From assembly GCA_907165135.1 (NCBI GenBank), contig OU015569.1, forward strand, positions 1,612,001-1,676,000: a stretch of DNA of 64,000 nucleotides. Direction: 5' to 3'. The DNA is from Oikopleura dioica. Lineage: Eukaryota; Animalia; Chordata. A program made the translations under genes and the position numbers. The notes under the pieces are model-generated. The model saw only the letters and a list, made by a program, of their open reading frames with translations. It had not been told where the DNA came from and did no database searches. Below, piece by piece: positions 1-12,389 of the stretch. How positions within the stretch are numbered: position 1 is the stretch's first letter; each line of letters starts with the position of its first letter.

Positions 1-378
1 AAGGTAAGACTGGTGCTTTATAAAGCCTTTTTGTGTGATCGCGAAACTCGTCCTTTCTTTCTTTATATTAACTTATAGGTTTCTGCGCAATCACTTACCT
101 CTCATTCTCTTTGGGTCTCAACAGTGCGGTGGAATCCAAACGACAAGAATCAGCTGTTGAGTGGAAGCTACGATAATGTTGTAAAAATGTGGGACGTGCG
201 CAGTACCAAGACGCCACTGTATGACATGCAAAAGCATGAAGATAAGGTACGTCTAAGTTATAAAAAGCGGATGTTGACGTATTCACTTATTTAGGTCCTT
301 TGTTCGGATTGGTCCAGGTCGAAGTTGGTTGTTTCCGGTGGCTCTGATAAACAGATTCATAGCTACCGTGTCAAGTAG
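1..378 (+). CDS. WDR12: WD40 ribosome biogenesis protein WDR12/Ytm1, last exons (gene starts before the window)
   Basis: Exons 79-246 and 295-378 joined by GT-AG introns give [20 protein letters not shown]...[36 protein letters not shown]...[14 protein letters not shown], matching the WDR12 C-terminus. Confidence 0.9.
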
Positions 379-650
379 AATGTTATTTTTTGCGAATAAA
401 TGCTGCCCTGCCTCAAAGTTTTCAAGAAGAAATGAACCTCATGCTTTTTCATGCATGAGTATCATAGTATGCTTTCCTTGTTTTGAGTTGTTGAGCGTTG
501 TGTAGACAGAAGTTGATAGAAGTGAACTTTGTGAAAGAGAAACAAGATCAGGATTGTAACTTTTTAACTGAAGGAAAACTGCGGAGGCATTGATTGACTT
601 TTTTAGACAGCGGATTTAAATTTTCTTTGGAAAGATTGATTAAGGAATGA

Positions 651-3133
651 TCAGCTCACACGCCAGTTGTTTTGAATCGGACTCATCTTTGGCTCGTCTA
701 AATCGTCGCTAGAAGGCTGCGAGGAAGGTTCTGTTTGCTCTTCGACCGCGCTCAAGTTTCTTGAGTTGACGAGGTCGCCGGAAGAAACCGCTGGGTCATT
801 TGGATTGTTCAGTACTGTGGTGATTGTCGGCGGCGCTGGCACTTCTCTTGTCTGCCCGTCGCAGAGCGTGACGACGCGGTTCGAAACTGGTTCAACGGGC
901 GAACCTAGGGCAGAATCAGCATTGCTCGGCTGCTTTTCGGACTTGAGATCCAAGTTCATTGATTCACGATTGTTTTGCGATGCTTGGAACTCGTGCTCAT
1001 CCACATGGCTATCGCCTTCAGATCTTGCAGAACCTAAAATTTCACGGTCTTAAATTCAGCATGATATTTCAAAGTATCAACTTAATTCTACTCACCGAAT
1101 CTATCTCCTTTTCTAAACGAGTGCTGGTGGACGAACTCATTGGGCCCACCGCGTTCTCGGTACGGATTGATGATCCTACTGCTGCCAATAAACGATTCAG
1201 AACCGTCGCTTCTATTGGACTCAGCGTAGCTCAGCAATCTACGACGCTGATTCCGCTCTGAGCCGCGTGAACGAATAGACATTTTCGACATTAGATGATT
1301 TGACTCCAGATGCCCCGCCAGAAGATGCGAGCGACTATTTCCAATGTCTCCTTCGTTTAAATCGAGCACGGACTCTAGGGGCACAAAGTCTGCATCTGGC
1401 TTCACACCAATATTCGCCGTCGATCCTAGAAACAAAAGACTGGTAAACGGATGAATCTCGGTCTTATTTACCGAGGAATGGCTCTTTCTTGTGTTCTAGC
1501 GCGTCTTCAGTGTATGGAGCTTCGGCGAAAGTCTTTCCAACCCAAATATCTTCGTCGTCGGAATCGGTGGGTGAGACATTATGAAGGGTATCGACGGCGA
1601 GGAAAGATACTTCCAAGTTTCTATCGATAATCATGTTCACTTCATAATCTTCGTCGTCCATTCCGAAAGGATTGATCAGCTGCTCTGCGACCTTCATCCA
1701 TCCCATGTAGAAAAAGAATTCTAGCAGCGTATAAATCGGTAGGATTCCATAGAAATGCTCGTCCGAGTCTGAAACTCTGGTCGTATTCAGTGGAGAACAA
1801 TCCTCTGTGCCGAGCATTTTCTGGCGGCCAAAAAGGGCAAGCACGAAGTATCCATAGACCGCCACGCAGACCACTTAAAATGATGGTAAATTTCAATTTC
1901 CTTCGTAACTTCTATTCTTGTAGATTCTTACCTTGCGTGTAAACAAGTGGTATACAAATCCAATCATAACTTTGAAGCATTCCCAAATTGCCTCGATAGC
2001 CTTGCATCTCATTCACAAGCCTGTCCAAAGTAATATCGCTAGCTACAAAGAAAGAACTGTTAGATGATTTGTTAAGTGAGCTAGAACAAACATATTAGGC
2101 CTTCTTTTCGGGCACGATTCAGCGTGTTGATGTACCAAGTGAAGGGAATCCAGTATTTCAGTTGAGTGGTTTCAATTGAATCGTAGGTTTCTCGCTCCGA
2201 CTCTGTCATAAAACCGGCAGAGTACACGTGTTCGATTGTGGGAAATCGAGTTTTCACTGACGCAGCTCCTCAAGGTTCGCATTGTTCTTATTACAGGCTG
2301 AAAACAGTTCCTTTCTTGCTCTTTACATTTGAGTAAATGCGTTGAGTTATCGATGAGAACCTTTCCTACGTCACGAAACGTCAGTATCGCTGCCAGGTTC
2401 AGCCATCTCACGAGTTTTCGACGATAACTGACGGCCTTCTTGCATTTCTGACATTCTTTTTTACGGCACGAGCCGTCTGAGTCTATCAAATCTGTTTAAT
2501 TTGCGGCAAATAAACCCAAATAAGCGTCTTTAGAAATTTCCAGTCTGTCTATCTGCCAAGACTGGAGATTTAAGGTAAACGTCTCTTTTGAAAAGTTCAT
2601 AGACTGTCCATAATTGATATACCTTTATCTGTGACGTGATGCCTCAAGTATAAACTGATAAAAAGCATATTTCTATCAGGCCAAGGAATATTCATGTACT
2701 GATTCCACCACCTTCCAATGACGACCGAAACGAAGAAGCCAAGAATGAAACTGAGCGGCACATAATTGGAGAACTCGTTTACTTCCACGCAAAAGTCCTC
2801 GAATACACCGCGAAGACTCGGATATTTGCACAGGGCTGGATCGGAGCTCGGACTGTAACTCAATTATTTATAAAACTGTTCCATTGTCAAAAGAAAGTTG
2901 GCCTTTCGCCAATGTGCTAAGTCCGACCCTTTCCCATTTTGTTCACCATCGCGATCGAGTAATAAATTCCCAGCCACGTGAGCAGCTCCCTAAAATGCAA
3001 CTGTATTAACTATAGAATCTTATTCGCCCTACCTCCAAAATAGCTTGTAAACGCTTCCTCTCCACTTGAAGAGTAGCTTTCCAAAACCCATGAATTTGAC
3101 TTCGGCGACATCTTGACTGTAAGTGATTGTCAT
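651..3133 (-). CDS. BEST: Bestrophin Ca2+-activated chloride channel, multi-exon
   Basis: N-terminus MTITYSQDVAEVKFMGFGKLLFKWRGSVYKL; VPLSFILGFFVSVVIGRWWNQY..IPWPD; YDWICIPLVYTQ; FFFYMGWMKVAEQLINPFGMDDEDYEVN; low-complexity C-terminal exons ending at the stop at 651. Confidence 0.92.
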
Positions 3134-4181
3134 TCTCTATGTATTTGGGCACGCTGCTGCCGGGCCTGTCAGCCAGCAATCGGTCCGCGACGCAATTTCA
3201 AAGATCTTTTCTTCTGAGAGCAATGAAGGGAGCTTGAGGGCGACCCGTTTTCGTTGCGCAACCACCCCCCTTATCCAGTCTGCGGCGCCACCCTACAACT
3301 GGATCATCCTGAACTACCGCAGCCACCCTAAAAAGTATATTTCGAGTACACTTTTAGAGTGTAGAAAAGTGGGCGTTAAGCTATTTAAGTACTGACAACC
3401 CTTAAAATCGTTCCTTATTGACCTAGAAATACGCAGTATCCACGATGATAAGTATAAATTCCTTCGCTTTGATATTCACTGGGAAATTAAACAGCTGAGC
3501 ATTAATTTGATCCGGTAAATGACCCAAATTAGATTGAAAGAGATCAAAAGACGAAATGAGACTTTTGCCTTTAGGATTAGTCGCGGCTCAATCAGAGTAC
3601 TATTTTCAGCACTGGTGCGGTGCTTATTACCTTCCTATGCTCGATGATGCTAATTGCGCCAAGGAGGGCTCGATGAATTACTTCTACTCTTAAAATTAAA
3701 GCCTTAAAATAATTGTTTTGGATAATGATGCAGAGAATTGATTTAAGAGCCTCTGACTCAAGAAACTGGTTCATACTAGCTCCGCCCACCCTTAATTAAT
3801 TTACAATCATCGTTCCGATTTTAATTTTTCACGCCGATAATTAACCTTTGCGAAGTCATTGACGTAGCTTGCATCTTATCGATGAAAATTCGATTTTCAA
3901 TCGATTTACACGTTTTCTAGGAACAAGTTGTGTAAATAAGGACTTGCTGATTAAGCTTGCCTATCCAAGCAGAAGACGATCAGCGCGCCGGCAAAGTTTG
4001 CACATGATTTGTAAAGGCCGTAACAATCATGAACTTCTGGAGAAAGTTCGTCAATGACTTCGTAAAAGAAAGACTTTCCCTTCCGATTTGACTCGCGGCG
4101 AGTGTCCGGTGCCCGTGCTCACATCCGTCCCCAGTGGATACGTAGGCCAGTCTTTGAATAGAGAAGCAGCTCCATTGCCCC

Positions 4182-5401
4182 ATGGGGAGCCACTTTCTTT
4201 CAAAGCCGAAAAAAGCTGATACAGCTTTGGATCGAATTCAAGTGGACACTTCAAGGCTTAGTCACGTCACCGGCGCTGATGTCTGTATTGTAATGACGAA
4301 AAGGGTGAACATCAATGGAAAAGTTCGTCCTTACAACAAATACTTCTGCAATTCTAGTGCAGCTGCTAATACTGCTTATGAGACGTGGTCTTCTTCGAAA
4401 GTATTTGCAGCAGCAAATGCGGGAAGCAACATGCGAAAAGGTTCACCAACTTGCTCTAGCGGACGCTTTGGACTTGACGCCAAAGTCTGGGGCAAAAACG
4501 GATACACACAGCTTGCAGATCTCGTTACCGCCGTCGTTGCTTACGACGAAACAGCTGGTTATAGCTCCAATGGTCTCTCTGCCTATTTCCACGATATTGG
4601 TGGGAGAGATTCAATGAACTCCCTCGTCAAGGAAAGGGTCCTTGTTGTCTTCAAGCTTCAACAAGTACACTTTATTGATCCATTAAAAGTCTCCGTGGCT
4701 TGGGCAGTCCCAGAATTCGTTGGGTGGGAATTATGGCGAGTCAGTCCCCTAGTAAGCGATTATTACTTTCATCTGCAAAAAAGGAGAATATTTATTGATT
4801 ATTAGCGATCTGGGGTTGACATTTATCGACGAATACGGCGAAGCTTGCGTCGTATCAAGAGACAATCCATCTCAAGTGTATCCCAATTCACTGACGTTGC
4901 TTGCTCAGAGTGAGCTTTTAAGAAGACTTGTCCAGCACAACATCGTTGATGAAGGTGTCCAGTGGCCCAACTTAGAAGCTCGAGATCTCGAGCAAATCCT
5001 CTACGGAGCTGACGAGACGGGTTTATTCGGCTCTCAGCAGTGGGGAGGAATGACCGCGGATACAGCCATCTACCTACAGAACTCACTGAACATGCCAGAA
5101 GTAGAGAGGCTTTCTGGGGGATCGTGGCGAATTTACTCCAAGCTTGGCGCGGGTTATTCGAGCTCTCGAAGAGTTGGAGAGATCATTACACTCGCTTATG
5201 GGTGTTTCCCAGATCTTCTAAGTAAAATTCGTGTTGCTGCTATGAAATTAATTGCTTTCAGATGATCGCGAAAATTTCGAGTTTACAGTTGCTGTAAGAG
5301 GTTCAGTTGCCAACGATAGCTTTTTGTTCAATGCTGAGCAGCGGGTCAAGGATGCAATGGATAGAACTATTCAAGCTGTTTGGGAAGGAAGACTAAACTA
5401 G
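4182..5401 (+). CDS. Serine beta-lactamase/penicillin-binding-protein-like protein (class A-like motifs), spliced; 5' end unresolved
   Basis: SSSK (SxxK) at 4389-4400, SSN at 4563-4571, NSLTLLAQSELLRRL helix, GSWRIYSKLG (KxG) at 5140-5148; at least three short introns; stop TAG at 5399-5401. Confidence 0.7.
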
Positions 5402-7686
5402 TAACAAACTGGTATTGACTGCTTCAAATAAAAGATTAGTCAAATTTACTTCTGATTTATGTAAAAATTCGAAAGGTAGGGTGAATCAACGTACGAGGAC
5501 AAGGATGCCTGACGATGATTTACAGAATAGAGTTCTAGTGATGAAGAGATCCATGGGAGTTCTGGGACGAGTGAGTGACGAGCTGGAGTAGCGCCAGGAC
5601 GGGTCAAAGTTCGTAACGCGTTACGATGAGTTAACTGGGCGGGGAGGAGACTTTGCCACTCGATCAAGAGGCTACCAATGACAAACATTTGCCAAAAACA
5701 GAAAAGCAAAAAGAAAAATGAAAATGGTGAGCTGAAGAGAATCGAATTCCGCCGGAAGCGCATTTCCTACAGACACATTTTGAAGCAAATTCGACGTGGA
5801 AATTGATCATTTTTATGACCAAAATGTCAGAAAGTCTTCATTAGACTTGCTAAACTTTAAAAAAATTGAAAAATTCTTTAGATGTAATTAATAAAAATTC
5901 TCTCGCAGATAATTAAGAAATAAATGTTCATCGTAAATAGCCTTAAAAATTCAAAAGTAGAAAATTTAGCTGAATCGCGAATCAAATATGATAATTTTTA
6001 AATGAAAATTGAGAATCTTCAATGACAAAAAAAAACGAGGTCTTTGAAAAACGTGTCAGTTCACACTAAACTCGAGATAAGCGTGTTTGATGAAAACCTG
6101 CCTAGAAATTGAAACAGTAGGAATCAGGACAGAAGCAGAATTAGGTTGCCGTTTTGAATCGAGTGATTCTGGCCCGAGGAATGGTTTTTATCATTATTTT
6201 GTTTTGATTGAAAATGAAGGAATGTTTGGGTGGTCAACTGGCATATTTAGGGACAACAATGCTCCGATTTTTGGCCAACCGGTGTGGTGCAGAGGCAGGT
6301 GAAAAGAACCGGTGCAGTACCATCCGGCTGGCGGTAACACACCGCTTCTTTTACTACTCTGAGCCTCCTCTAGCAGCTCCACCTCCGCCACTTTCCGCCA
6401 TTCTCAATTTTTCTTAAGGAGCTCCCCAATTAACAAAGGAATTTCGCCAGCGAAGCCGCCAGAGAAAGCCGCAACGAGAAGCCGCAATCGAGAGAGAAAA
6501 AAATGAGAAACAATCGACGTTAACTTGGCCTGTGCAAAGCCCTAACATGTCTAGTAGCCCGGGGGGAGTGTGTAGACATGAAGGGAGTAGCACCCGCCAA
6601 GCGTTCGAACCCTCGACTAACTTTGAAAGAGAATACAGCGAAGATTAGAGAGCCTAGAGACAGCACCTCGCCTCTGAACTCGCAAACCGGCAAAGCGCAG
6701 CAAAGTTATTTTGGCTTTATTCAGCGACCTTTCCAGTTTTCCAATTGTGCGCCTCGTTTTACACCAATTCGATCGTAATTTAGCCTGTACACACGTGCAA
6801 ACGCAATGCTCAATTGGTCGAAAATGCCGCTCTAGCTCTAGCCTAGGTTAGAGCGGTTTTAATTTGAACGTTCAACCTCTACGACACTTACTGCCGGGCT
6901 TGATATTCAATTTGTCACATGCAAAAATCAAAATAAACGTTGGAAATTTTAAACTTGTTTTCACAAAGCACGAACTTGTCTAGTCTTTAAAATATCGACT
7001 TGTGCTGGAAAATCGGCAAGGCCGAAATACTCTTTTGTGAGATACAAAATTTCTGTAGCGAATTTTTAACATTACTTTTACAAAAAAATGATGAAAGAAA
7101 ATGCAAGCTTGGAGCAATTTCTGATCGTGATAGAAGCAGGCCGCTCCCCTGCCAAGATGAAAAATCCTCAGCAGCTGTCCGGACTCCGGAGCATTCCGGA
7201 AATTCAACCATCTGCGGCCACGCGATGTCCGGTGGAACATTTAATCACCGCGAATTTCGTAAAAGCAGAAAACAATCAATTTAGCAAACAATCAAAAAAA
7301 TAACAACGATGATCTCTAAGAACAGCATCAAAAACTTTTTCTCCAAGAAGCACGAGCGGTTCGACAAGAAAGAGAAGAAGCTGAACTCTTCCATGATTTC
7401 ACTGCCTTTTGGAGCAGTGAAAAACAGCTTTGACACGAGCTACAGGCAGTTCGACAGTGGCAAAGGCGATACACAAAGAAGACCCAACAACTCATCCTCG
7501 AATGGCTACCAACAACTGTAAACGCTACCGCTTATCATGATTCAAATGCAAATAAAAAAAGAAAAAAAAAACTAATTGATACCAAAAACGTATGATGATT
7601 AAATTTGAAATTTATTGAGAGGAAAGAGGCCGAAAAGTAAATCAAAGCTGAATGACTAGGATGACCGTATATGCCGGAATCGTCGT

Positions 7687-8716
7687 TTAGAAGAGTTTTT
7701 GTACTTCGGTCGTTTCGAACGGCTTTCTGCAGATTGGACAGCTTTTTGGATTGACGGATTCGAGACAGGAGAGGCAGAAAGTATGCCAGCAAGACTTGAT
7801 AACCGCCCGGTGATGCTGGTTCTTGTCGAAGGGCGAGAAGCAGACTCTGCAGCAGTTTTCATCAGCTTCATCTAAAAAAGATATAATAATTTAATATTAT
7901 ATATTATTATATTAAATATTATTATTTTACAGTGCCTCTGATTTGTATTACAAAATAAAAATTTTTCTGTGCCTTACCTGCTTGCCCCTGGTTATCCCGG
8001 TTGAGCTCTGGTCTCTCTTCGAAACGCATAATTCTTTCGTCTAAATATTATTATACTTAAAATAGATATAGAGAGTAATAATTCTGAATCCTTAATTCAG
8101 AACATTTATTCTATAATACATATTTTAATATGCAGAACTCAAATTATTACGCGCAAAGAAAAATACCTGCCCGATTCCGGTTTTCGAATATCTCTCGCAT
8201 GAGTGTTTGCCTTATGTTTTGAAGTTGAATTTCGTAACTTTTCGGCGAGAAACAGACTCTGCAGCAGTTTTCATCAGCTTCATCTAAAAAATATTTAATA
8301 ATTTAATATAATATATTTTACAGTTATTATTTTACAGTGCCTCTGCTTTGTATTACAAAATATAAATTTTTCTGTGCCTTACCTCCTTGTTTAAACTGGC
8401 TTGTTGAAATATTATATATTATATATATATATTATATATATAGAAATATTATATAGATATAGAGAGTAACGATTCATATAGAGAGTAATAAATTATTACT
8501 AATAATTCAGAACATTTATTCTATGATACATATTTTAATAGACTGAACTCAAATTTTTTACGTGCAACGAAAAATACCTGTCTGGATTCGCATAATGCAA
8601 GAATTTCTTCCTTCTGAAGTTTCGCATAATTCTCGCATGCGTCTTAGCCTTATGCGTTGAAGTTCAAGAAATTGAAGTTCGTCGTCATCGCTCAGTTTTC
8701 CCACTTTTCTCGACAT
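7687..8716 (-). CDS. C3HC4 RING-finger protein with an internal tandem duplication
   Basis: Exons 8716-8578, 8283-8167, 8040-7978 and 7871-7687, all joined in phase 1; last exon CCRVC...KSCWHTFCLSC...SCPICRKPF. Confidence 0.8.
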
Positions 8717-9362
8717 CCCGCAAAAAGCTCGGGCTAGAGTGAACAATTTTCGGTTTAGGAAAGCAACAACCGGTGCAAAAAGCCTCGGAGCACAGATTAA
8801 AGACAAAAATTGTTTTTTTCAGATTGAAAATCGCACTGAAAAAGGGGTCAGAGTTAACTAGGGTCGATTCATTTGTTATGATTTCACTAACGGCAGCCCT
8901 AAGATTGTAGGGCCGCGTTCAAAACTTGAGAATCTAAGTGTCGACCACATGAGCTAAAGACTACGCCACCGGTTTTGAGTTTACAAGGTTTTTCGATGAA
9001 GGTTCCCCGTTTTCGATTCCTTGTTGTGAGCAGAGTGTTATCCCTGTTAGGAAGGTGGTGGCTCAGTAGTCTCGCTCTTGTGGCACACAGCCTAGTCCTC
9101 CGGGTGCTGCGCACTTGGTCGGATAAACTCTGCGAACAAGTCAACTAGATGCATCGGAGATGCTTGTACAAAGACCGGGCGGTAGAAGAGCAAGACTGTT
9201 TATGGTCTTCGAGGAGCGATAAGTCGAATGAAAAAAGCTGTGAGGATCAAAAAGGGGGGTTTTATGAAATAGCAACGTTTAATTTAGGCAGAATCTCTGC
9301 CCCAGAGATGACTACTTTTAGTGATCAAGAAAATCTTTTTTTCAGAAAATTTCAAAATTAGA

Positions 9363-9436
9363 TGCCCTCTGTGAGGCTCGAACTCACGACCTTCAGATTA
9401 TGAGACTGACGCGCTAACCAACTGCGCCAAGAAGGC
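9363..9436 (-). tRNA. tRNA-Met (CAT), elongator type
   Basis: Reverse complement GCCTTCT TG GCGC AGTTGGTTA GCGC G TCAGT CTCATAA TCTGA AGGTC GTGAG TTCGAGC CTCAC AGAGGGC A folds to a full cloverleaf with CAT anticodon. Confidence 0.95.
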
Positions 9437-9820
9437 AACTGATCAGGCCACTGTTGCTGAGCACAATAAGGACAAGGAAGAGAGACGGGTTTGTTTCGTT
9501 TTAAAATGTATCCGACAACTTGTGCGTTTGTGTATTAATGTTTACAGTATTTACAAAAAGAAGTGTTTCAAATGGATCGTCTTCGTCAGCGCGCGGCGAA
9601 ACTCCTTGGCGATGTTGTCTTCCGGGAGTCGAGAGCTTGTCTGTTTCATCAAGTTGATTTCCAGAAGAGAGAATGAGTTAAGTCGCCAATTATTTGGTTT
9701 TCGCCGGGCCACGCTGTTCCCGTGACGAGCATTTTCATTAGCCCCCAAAAAGACGTTTTTTAAATATATAAAAAAAATCCATCGGAGTTGATATAAATTT
9801 TAACCCATAAAAAACAAATA

Positions 9821-10078
9821 GCCGGGGTTGGACGGACCGCGAGTAGTAAATCGCCGGTCGGGTCGGACCGAGTAAGAAGGAAACCGGGCGGTCGGGAAAG
9901 AGAGGAGTCGAGGATCGAGATGGGGGCCGAACGGGCGCGGGAATTGGTACCGTCCCGGCCTGTTCAGCAGTGGTACCGGTTAACCCACCGCGGCCGCGAC
10001 TGCTGACTCCGCCGCGCGAAGCGATCTTACCAGGCGCCAGACCTGACTAGTGGAAAAACTACAGGTAGCTAATCCAAC
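9821..10078 (-). ncRNA. Candidate structured RNA or GC-rich element of unknown identity
   Basis: GC-rich island in AT-rich flanks, several hairpins, complementary ends, and a T-run just downstream on the minus strand; no family recognised. Confidence 0.3.
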
Positions 10079-10260
10079 TCAGACGATTAAGTTTTAAGCG
10101 CTGGGAGAAAATGGCTGGAGCCGAAAATGTTGAGCTCCAAGTCAAAAAAAACAAAATGAATCGTAGAAGCAACAAAAAATAATTATACAATATCCAGTGT
10201 GTCCTTAGAGTGAGAATACAGCCATCTCCAGAGAAATAAGTAGGGCCACCATTGATTCTT

Positions 10261-12228
10261 TTAACAATCGACGGCGCGGGATTTCACCTCGCCGTTGCAG
10301 CACTGCAACCATTTCTGGTCGTATGTCTGTTTTGAGGTACAAATATGACTAACTTCTTATCTAAGGGTAAACTACTTATTCACTAGATTAGGAGAGAATC
10401 GAGAGTGTGACTGGAGTACCAAGCTTGTTGCCGCAGCAGCCCTTGGTCTGAGAGTCGAATGGGAATCTGTGGCTGGCGTAGTCGCCACAGCACTGGGTGT
10501 TGTTGTCTTTTCCAGAGCTTTTGAGTTGGACGGGGCTGACCAATTTGGCGCGGATGTTGGTGTTCGCGTTGGGGTCTACTCCGCAGAGATCTTCGCGCTC
10601 CATCGAGTACTTCGAGAAGGCGAGATTCCACTCAAATGCGGCGCTGAAAAAAACAAAATGAAAAAAAAAGGTCTTGAGTGAAAGCGGGAATCGGGACAAA
10701 AGTCCAGCACCAACTCCTGGCCGAGCTACCACACCGCGATACAGGCCCTCGCTGAGTAGCGCTCGCGAGCAACACTCTCGCTGCAAGAGCCGCTCGATTC
10801 AAACCCGCTTCTCTCGCCTCCCTCTACTACGGGGCCTGTAGTACAGGCGTTTTTATTGTAAATGAATTAATCAATATTATAATTGGCTTAAATTAATGGT
10901 TGGCTTAAATTATTGATTGGCTTAATTTAAAGGTTAGGGTTAGGGGGCACCGCGCAAAATGACAGAACAGTCTCACCCGAGGGGGATAGGCTAGGGTTAG
11001 TTAGGGTTACCGAAGGTAACCCTAAGTAACCCTAGACTAGACCCCGGCATTTTAGGACCTAAGGGGCGAAGCCCCGTGGTAAGGGGCAATTAGATTTATC
11101 ATTTTCTGCTCATATCATTATTAAAGGGTCAATTGAAAACATAGAATTAATGATGAAGGCAAGAATATTGAACCCGTTATAATTGTGGGCCCCTTAATAA
11201 TAGTTATTATTAATAAAAGTTATTATATATAATTTATATCACTTCTTCTGGTTCAAAATCTGAAGATGGTAAGCTTTTATTTTCCATCAAGTGCTTTTGA
11301 TTTCAGCGGGCGCGCTCCGCTGCGCCCCCCATATCTTGGCTAGTAGCGCAGTGTGGTAGCTCGGCCAGGCGTTGGTGCTGGACTTTTGTGGTCCACTTAC
11401 TCTGTTTCTACACGCTGCATGTCTTTGGCAAAAGCGACCGAGCATTCGCACAGGTTCCGTCCACAGCTGTTTTCCTCGTCGTGGCACTGTGCGGACTTCT
11501 CCAAAGTGATAGGATCTTCCTCGAAAGTGATGTTGTACTGATTCAAGTTGTAAGAAACTCAAGCAAAGTCGCGATCAAAGAATTACCTTTGTGAGATGGT
11601 CGCATTGCTTTCCATTGTCGATTCCGAGACACCGTTGACACTAGAAATGAATTTTAGAGAATTGACAATTGCCAAAATATTATTGCGCCTCTTGAAAAAT
11701 CATCAATCTTGGTTGCATTCTATTACGAGCGCGAAAGCCGCGATTACGATAGACGGGCTGCGTAACCACTCTATCTACAATAGATAGAGGCCCCGACTGA
11801 TCCTGCAACGTAACCATTGGAAACTGATAACTATCTTGGTGTCTTTAAGGATACTCGTGATCTAGGGTGATACTCTTCGTTGATTGCAGATCTGACAAAC
11901 CTGGTGAAACTTGAAACAAGCGGAATCTGCTGCATCGAGCCTCTCGCCGTGGCCGGAGAAGAAGGCGTTCTCGAGACCGTTCTGGAAGCAGTAGCATCCG
12001 TAACGGTCGTACTTGTGCCCAGTGAAGAACTTGGTCAGTTGGTGAAGCTAAAATTGCGTTAACCTAAGGCCAAACGAAAAGTCTTTACCGTATCCATAAG
12101 CTGACGAGCCGCTCCCGCCTGGTCGTCATGTTTGACGCCCAGGGTAAAGGGCACAAATGTAGAGACTAGAATCAACTTTTAACCAAAGTAATTTTTGATC
12201 TATTAATTTATATCCTACTAGACACCAT
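10261..12228 (-). CDS. Secreted phospholipase A2-like protein with C-terminal CC (galaxin-like) repeats
   Basis: YGCYCF...GHGERLDAADSACFKFHQ; CGRNLCECSVAFAK; QCCGDYASHRFPFDSQTKGCC; TYDQKWLQCCNGEV..DC*; hydrophobic N-terminus. The ATG micro-exon at 12228 is tentative. Confidence 0.75.
10694..11394. mobile_element. Inverted-repeat (MITE-like) element filling intron 10644-11400 of the PLA2-like gene
   Basis: About 48-bp inverted arms at 10694-10742 and 11342-11394; internal TTAGGG-type hairpin at 10991-11035; no clear TSD. Confidence 0.65.
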
Positions 12229-12300
12229 AAGTAAAGTGTTTGATTAGTTTGCTGGCAAAAGAGAAATTAAAAAAAAAAATATTGAAAATTTGAATTTTTT

Positions 12301-12389
12301 GAAATCCTGGATCGCCCGGAATCCTGAATCCCCCGATTCGGGCGATCAAGGAAAACGGGCGATTCAGGATCCGGGTGATCCAGGATTTC
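12301..12389. repeat. Short imperfect palindrome (mini-MITE-like)
   Basis: GAAATCCTGGATCGCCCGGAATCCTGAATC ... GATTCAGGATCCGGGTGATCCAGGATTTC. Confidence 0.6.

Noticed and set aside
4182-5401. Bacterial contamination as the source of the beta-lactamase-like gene
   Set aside because: The reading frame is split by short spliceosomal introns and is contiguous with animal genes.
5446-7521. Several short ORFs on both strands
   Set aside because: No consistent exon chain or recognisable motif could be built.
9821-10078. Telomerase RNA, 7SK or SRP identity for the GC-rich island
   Set aside because: No CTAACCCT-type template, no A-rich pseudoknot partner, no room for the 7SK 3' hairpin and no SRP helix 8 motif.
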